Source: an uncultured Coriobacteriaceae bacterium
Lineage (GTDB): Bacteria > Actinomycetota > Coriobacteriia > Coriobacteriales > Atopobiaceae
DNA: 51,060 bases
Assembly: GCA_902797175.1 (NCBI GenBank)
Contig: CADBRX010000087.1
Location: forward strand, 1-51,060
Direction: 5' to 3'
Part shown: positions 47,375 through 51,060 of the stretch, one piece after another
Layout: every line of letters starts with the position of its first letter
Numbering within the stretch: the first letter of the stretch is position 1
The notes under the pieces: generated by a model
The model's input: only the letters and a program-made list of their open reading frames with translations
The model's database searches: none
What the model was told of the DNA's origin: nothing
Translations under genes and position numbers: made by a program

Positions 47375-48571
47375 ATGAAAGACATCAACAGCATTGCGGA
47401 TCGTCTGTCCCCCTATCTTGCCAGCAAGGTTGAAGGCCCCTCGGGACCGGTGCTCGCCATACGCTCGCCCGCCCGCAGCGAGATCGCCGGAAACCACACC
47501 GACCACGAGGGCGGGCGCGTGATCGCAGGCGCGCTTGACCGAAGCATCGAGTGCCTTGCGACGCCTGTCGCCTCGCATGAGCTGCGCGTATACAGCGAGG
47601 GCTTCGAGCCCGTCCATGTGACGCTTGATGATCTTGAGCCCCGCCCGGACGAATACGTGAGCTCCACCGCTCTCGTCCGCGGCATGGCCGCGCAGATGCT
47701 CGCCACGGGACGCACACCCCAAGGCTTCGCACTCGTCATGACAAGCGACATCCCCTCGGGCGGAGGACTGTCGTCCTCGGCAGCCTACGAGCTGGCGCTC
47801 TGCCGAGCGATGGAGGCGCTCTGGCCAGGACGGGCAATCGACCCCATCGAGGCGGCGCAGATGGCGCAGCGCGTCGAGCAGGATTGGTTTGGCAAGCCGT
47901 GCGGACTCATGGACCAGCTTGCCGTGAGCCTTGGTGGCCTGTCCTACATGGACTTCAGGGACGCGGACCCCCGGGCGCAGAAGCTTTCCTTTGACTTTGC
48001 CGAGCACGACTACGCGCTGGTCCTCACCGAAGTCGGATGCGACCACAGCGCCTACACCGACGAGTACGCCGCCGTACCAACCGAGATGAAGCAGGTCGCC
48101 GAGGCCTTGGGCTATGAGCGGCTCGCCGACATCAAGGAGGACGCGCTGTTTTGGTATCTGCGCGCCCTGCGCCACCGCCTGGGCGATCGCCCGGTATTGT
48201 GGGCCTTCCACTACTTCCAGGAGATGCGTCTGGTTGACGCCCGTTGGGATGCCCTCAAGAAGGGCGACATGGGGCGCTTCATCGAGCTGACCCGTCGCTC
48301 GGGCGCGAGCTCGGCGATGTTTTTGCAGAACGTGAGCGCAGCAGGGGCACGAGAGCAGGACTGCATGGTTGCCATCGCGCTGTCTGAGCACCTCCTGCAA
48401 GGCCGCGGCGCCACGCGCATCCACGGAGGGGGCTTCGGCGGCTCCATCCAGGCCTTTGTCCCCTCGGAGCTTACGAGCATGTATGCTGCCGGCATGAACA
48501 AGTGGCTGGGCTCGGACGCCTGCAAGGTGTACGAGATTGCCGACGAAGGAGCTGAGGCAGAATGGCTATAA
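47375..48571 (+). CDS. galK: Galactokinase (mirror copy)
   Basis: Exact twin of 2490..3686. The ATG at 47375 is preceded by GGGAGGAG. Confidence 0.75.
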   Translation: MKDINSIADRLSPYLASKVEGPSGPVLAIRSPARSEIAGNHTDHEGGRVIAGALDRSIECLATPVASHELRVYSEGFEPVHVTLDDLEPRPDEYVSSTALVRGMAAQMLATGRTPQGFALVMTSDIPSGGGLSSSAAYELALCRAMEALWPGRAIDPIEAAQMAQRVEQDWFGKPCGLMDQLAVSLGGLSYMDFRDADPRAQKLSFDFAEHDYALVLTEVGCDHSAYTDEYAAVPTEMKQVAEALGYERLADIKEDALFWYLRALRHRLGDRPVLWAFHYFQEMRLVDARWDALKKGDMGRFIELTRRSGASSAMFLQNVSAAGAREQDCMVAIALSEHLLQGRGATRIHGGGFGGSIQAFVPSELTSMYAAGMNKWLGSDACKVYEIADEGAEAEWL

Positions 48572-49971
48572 CACAGAGCGCGGCGGCGCTGGTCGCCTAC
48601 GCAGCGCGATGCGCCATCATCAGCCCAGACGACAGGACCTGGGCATTCAACCGCATCCTCGGCGCCCTGCGCCAGAGCGGCTCCACGCCGCTGTGGGATG
48701 CCGTCGACGTCGAGGAGTTCGACCTCGAGGCGGTCATGAACCGCCTCAGCGCGGCAGGTGTCGAGGCGGGTGTCGACGAGGACACCCCTTCGGGCCGCGA
48801 CCGCATCGAGACCGAGCTCATGGGCCTTCTGATGGCCCGCCCCAGCACCATAAACGAACGCTTCCACGCCCTGATGCGGACCGAGGGCCCGCAAGCCGCG
48901 ACCGACTGGTTCTATCGCCTGTGCTGCGACGCGCGCTACGTGCGAGAGGCAGCCATCGCGCGTAACATGAGCTGGAGGACCTCCACCGCCTGGGGCGAAC
49001 TGGAGATCACCATCAACCTCTCAAAGCCCGAGAAGGATCCCGCCTTCATCGCGGCCGAAGGCAAGGCCCTCGTTGGCGCGCAATACCCGGCATGCCAGCT
49101 CTGCGTTGAGAACGAGGGCTATTACGGGCGGGGCGCCCGCTCGCCCCTTGGTCCCCATCCCGCCCGGCAGAACCTGCGCGTCGTTCCCATCGAGCTCGGC
49201 GGGGAGACGTGGGGCTTCCAATACAGCCCCTACGCCTACTTCGAGGAGCACTGCATCACCATGAGCGCGGAGCATCGGCCGATGGCCATCAACCGTGCCA
49301 ACATGGGGCGTCTCCTTGACTTCATCGATTTCCTCCCCCACTACTTCGTGGGGTCGAATGCCGACCTCCCCATCGTTGGCGGGTCCATTCTCTCCCATGA
49401 CCATTTCCAAGGTGGGCGCCATGAGTTCCCCATGATGCGCGCAGAGGTCGAACGCACGGTCAGCCTGCCTGGCTTTGAGGGCGTGACCTGCGTCTCGTTG
49501 CGCTGGCCCCTCTCCGTGCTGCGCCTGCGGAGCACGGACCGCAAGGAGCTCCTCGATGCGGCATGCCACATCGCGCAGGCCTGGCGCTCGTGGAACGACC
49601 AGGCCGCCGGGGTGCTGGCGTACGACCAAAACGGCACCCCGCACAACACGGTCACGCCGATCGCGCGCAGATGCGGCGAGGAGTATGAGCTCTACCTTGC
49701 CTTGCGCTGCAACGTCACCTCGGCCGAGCACCCGTTGGGCGTCTTTCATCCCCACGAGGACAAGTGGCACATAAAGAAGGAGAACATCGGCCTCATCGAG
49801 GTCATGGGCATGGCCATCCTGCCGCCTCGCCTGTATGAGTCGATATACGACGGGACCCTGACACGCGACGCGGTCGGCCACACGTTTGCCGGCGTCTTGG
49901 AGGATGCCGGCGTGTTCAAGTGGGACGAGGACGGCCGCGCAGCCCTCGGGCGCTTTCTTGAATGCCTGTAG
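48562..49971 (+). CDS. galT: Galactose-1-phosphate uridylyltransferase (mirror copy)
   Basis: Exact twin of 1090..2499. Confidence 0.85.
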   Translation: MAITQSAAALVAYAARCAIISPDDRTWAFNRILGALRQSGSTPLWDAVDVEEFDLEAVMNRLSAAGVEAGVDEDTPSGRDRIETELMGLLMARPSTINERFHALMRTEGPQAATDWFYRLCCDARYVREAAIARNMSWRTSTAWGELEITINLSKPEKDPAFIAAEGKALVGAQYPACQLCVENEGYYGRGARSPLGPHPARQNLRVVPIELGGETWGFQYSPYAYFEEHCITMSAEHRPMAINRANMGRLLDFIDFLPHYFVGSNADLPIVGGSILSHDHFQGGRHEFPMMRAEVERTVSLPGFEGVTCVSLRWPLSVLRLRSTDRKELLDAACHIAQAWRSWNDQAAGVLAYDQNGTPHNTVTPIARRCGEEYELYLALRCNVTSAEHPLGVFHPHEDKWHIKKENIGLIEVMGMAILPPRLYESIYDGTLTRDAVGHTFAGVLEDAGVFKWDEDGRAALGRFLECL

Positions 49972-49988
49972 GACACCGTCGTCTGATG

Positions 49989-50071
49989 CAAAAGGGTGTA
50001 ACCCTTTTGCATCACGGCTTTCGTTCAGTCAGAAGGGTCACCCTGTGACACAAAAGGGTTACACCCCTTTG
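49989..50071. terminator. 27-nt-armed inverted-repeat element (mirror copy)
   Basis: Exact twin of 990..1072. Confidence 0.5.
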
Positions 50072-50103
50072 TATCAGTCACCCCGACATGCAAGGAGAAC
50101 CCC

Positions 50104-50976
50104 ATGATAAAGCTTGCCCTCACCGACCTCGACAACACGCTCATCCCGCTGGGAGCACCCCATGCAAGCATGCGTGCCATTGCCGGCATCCACGCGATGC
50201 TCGATGCGGGCCTCCACTTTGGCCCCGTCTCGGGCAGGGTCCCGGCGGCCATGCGCTGGATGTTTGGCGGGGACACGGAGTGCGGCAAGACCGGCGCCTA
50301 CGTCAACGGCCAGCTCGTGTATGTCGACGGAAGGTTGGTGCACCAGGAGCTGCTGTCCGGGGCTCACCTCACCGAGGTGGGAGCCTGGATACGCGACGTC
50401 AAGGGATGTGCTCTGGCAATCTACGACCTTGACGACATTTCCGAGACGACCGACGGGGCCACGTACTACCTTGGCGCGACACGCGAGGAGCTTGCCCGGC
50501 ACGAGTCATCGTTCGGCACCCGTCCAAACGTGATCGACCGCCTCGACCGCGCCACATACATCAAGGCAAACCTCCGTTGTGACCTCCCCTGGGACGAGAT
50601 GGTCACCCTGCGCGACACGCTCCGCGAGCAGTTTCCCATGATCGACTTCGTGTTCCCCACCATGTACGGGCCCTTCATCGACATCCTCCCCAAGGGCTGG
50701 AGCAAGGGCCGTGCCGTCGAGGTGCTGGCCGAGGAGCTCAAGCTCACGCTCGACGAGGTGGCGGTGTTCGGCGACTCGGAAAACGACGTCTCCATGCTCG
50801 AGGCGGTCCCCCACTCCATCGTGGTGGACAACGCCAGCCCCGAGGCGCTGGCGGCGGCGCACTTCCGCATCGGCCCCTCGGCAGACGACGCGGTGGCCGA
50901 TGCGCTGTTCGAGATCGCGAAGGCAGCGCAAACGGGAGGGATGCCGGCGTTTCTGGACCCATCGCAAACCATATAA
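50104..50976 (+). CDS. Cof-type HAD-IIB phosphatase/hydrolase (mirror copy)
   Basis: Exact twin of 85..957. Confidence 0.8.
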   Translation: MIKLALTDLDNTLIPLGAPHASMRAIAGIHAMLDAGLHFGPVSGRVPAAMRWMFGGDTECGKTGAYVNGQLVYVDGRLVHQELLSGAHLTEVGAWIRDVKGCALAIYDLDDISETTDGATYYLGATREELARHESSFGTRPNVIDRLDRATYIKANLRCDLPWDEMVTLRDTLREQFPMIDFVFPTMYGPFIDILPKGWSKGRAVEVLAEELKLTLDEVAVFGDSENDVSMLEAVPHSIVVDNASPEALAAAHFRIGPSADDAVADALFEIAKAAQTGGMPAFLDPSQTI

Positions 50977-51060
50977 GGAGCCAGCTATGAATTTGTCAAC
51001 AGGTTAGATCGAGGTTTTTCGAGTTTCGCAGCACCTTGACAACCGGATACGGAACGTTGT

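Larger units (their letters stand above)
25531..51060. repeat. Right arm: exact reverse complement of 1-25530 (probable fold-back copy)
   Basis: Same evidence as the left arm. There is no spacer and no unique flank at either window end. Confidence 0.97.

Noticed and set aside
25531-51060. Treating the 20 right-arm genes as real additional paralogues or a second operon set
   Set aside because: They are base-for-base reverse complements of the left arm, including intergenic DNA, with zero divergence. That is not how diverged paralogues look. They are listed only as mirror copies, most likely generated by a fold-back.
1-51060. CRISPR arrays, rRNA/tRNA genes, transposases/integrases, prophage or defence-system genes
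   Set aside because: I found none. All intergenic gaps are 302 bp or shorter and are explained by promoters, operators or hairpins. No spacer-repeat periodicity is present, and no recombinase, nuclease or NTPase defence-type ORFs occur among the 20 unique genes.

Overview
This window is a single perfect reverse-complement palindrome. Base x is the complement of base 51061-x across all 51,060 bp, giving arms 1-25530 and 25531-51060 with no spacer. Only about 25.5 kb of sequence is unique, and every gene appears twice in mirror orientation. The symmetry centre (25530/25531) sits inside what looks like a native 54-bp palindromic intergenic hairpin, which has a sibling of identical arm length at 21264-21317. 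I think an assembly or library fold-back artefact at that hairpin is the most likely explanation. A real snap-back inverted duplication is a less likely biological alternative. Nothing here suggests a hairpin-telomere replicon, phage, plasmid, transposon or defence island. The unique content (left arm) is GC-rich, Gram-positive-style chromosomal DNA. A Coriobacteriia-like origin is only a guess and I cannot verify it. It carries 20 genes: (1) a lactose-PTS/Leloir operon lacF-lacE-lacG-galK-galT on the minus strand, with a divergent LacI-family regulator and tandem TGTTAACG-type operators; (2) two Cof-type HAD phosphatases; (3) an acyl-CoA thioesterase and YgiQ radical-SAM pair; (4) an MBL-fold hydrolase; (5) tdk and udk; (6) a C_GCAxxG_C_C protein; (7) cysE; (8) a hybrid histidine kinase with two receiver domains; (9) an APC-permease-GGDEF fusion; (10) two paralogous multidomain proteins that join a PTS EIIB(Lac/Cel)-like domain to a degenerate ROK-like domain, one of them with an N-terminal metallophosphoesterase. 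I recognised no rRNA, tRNA, CRISPR array, transposase or integrase. The EIIB-ROK-like paralogues, the lac-PTS operon wired to Leloir genes without tagatose-pathway genes, and a family of 27-nt-armed CAAAGGGGT hairpin elements are the biologically most interesting items. All domain calls come from reading motifs by eye, not from database searches.
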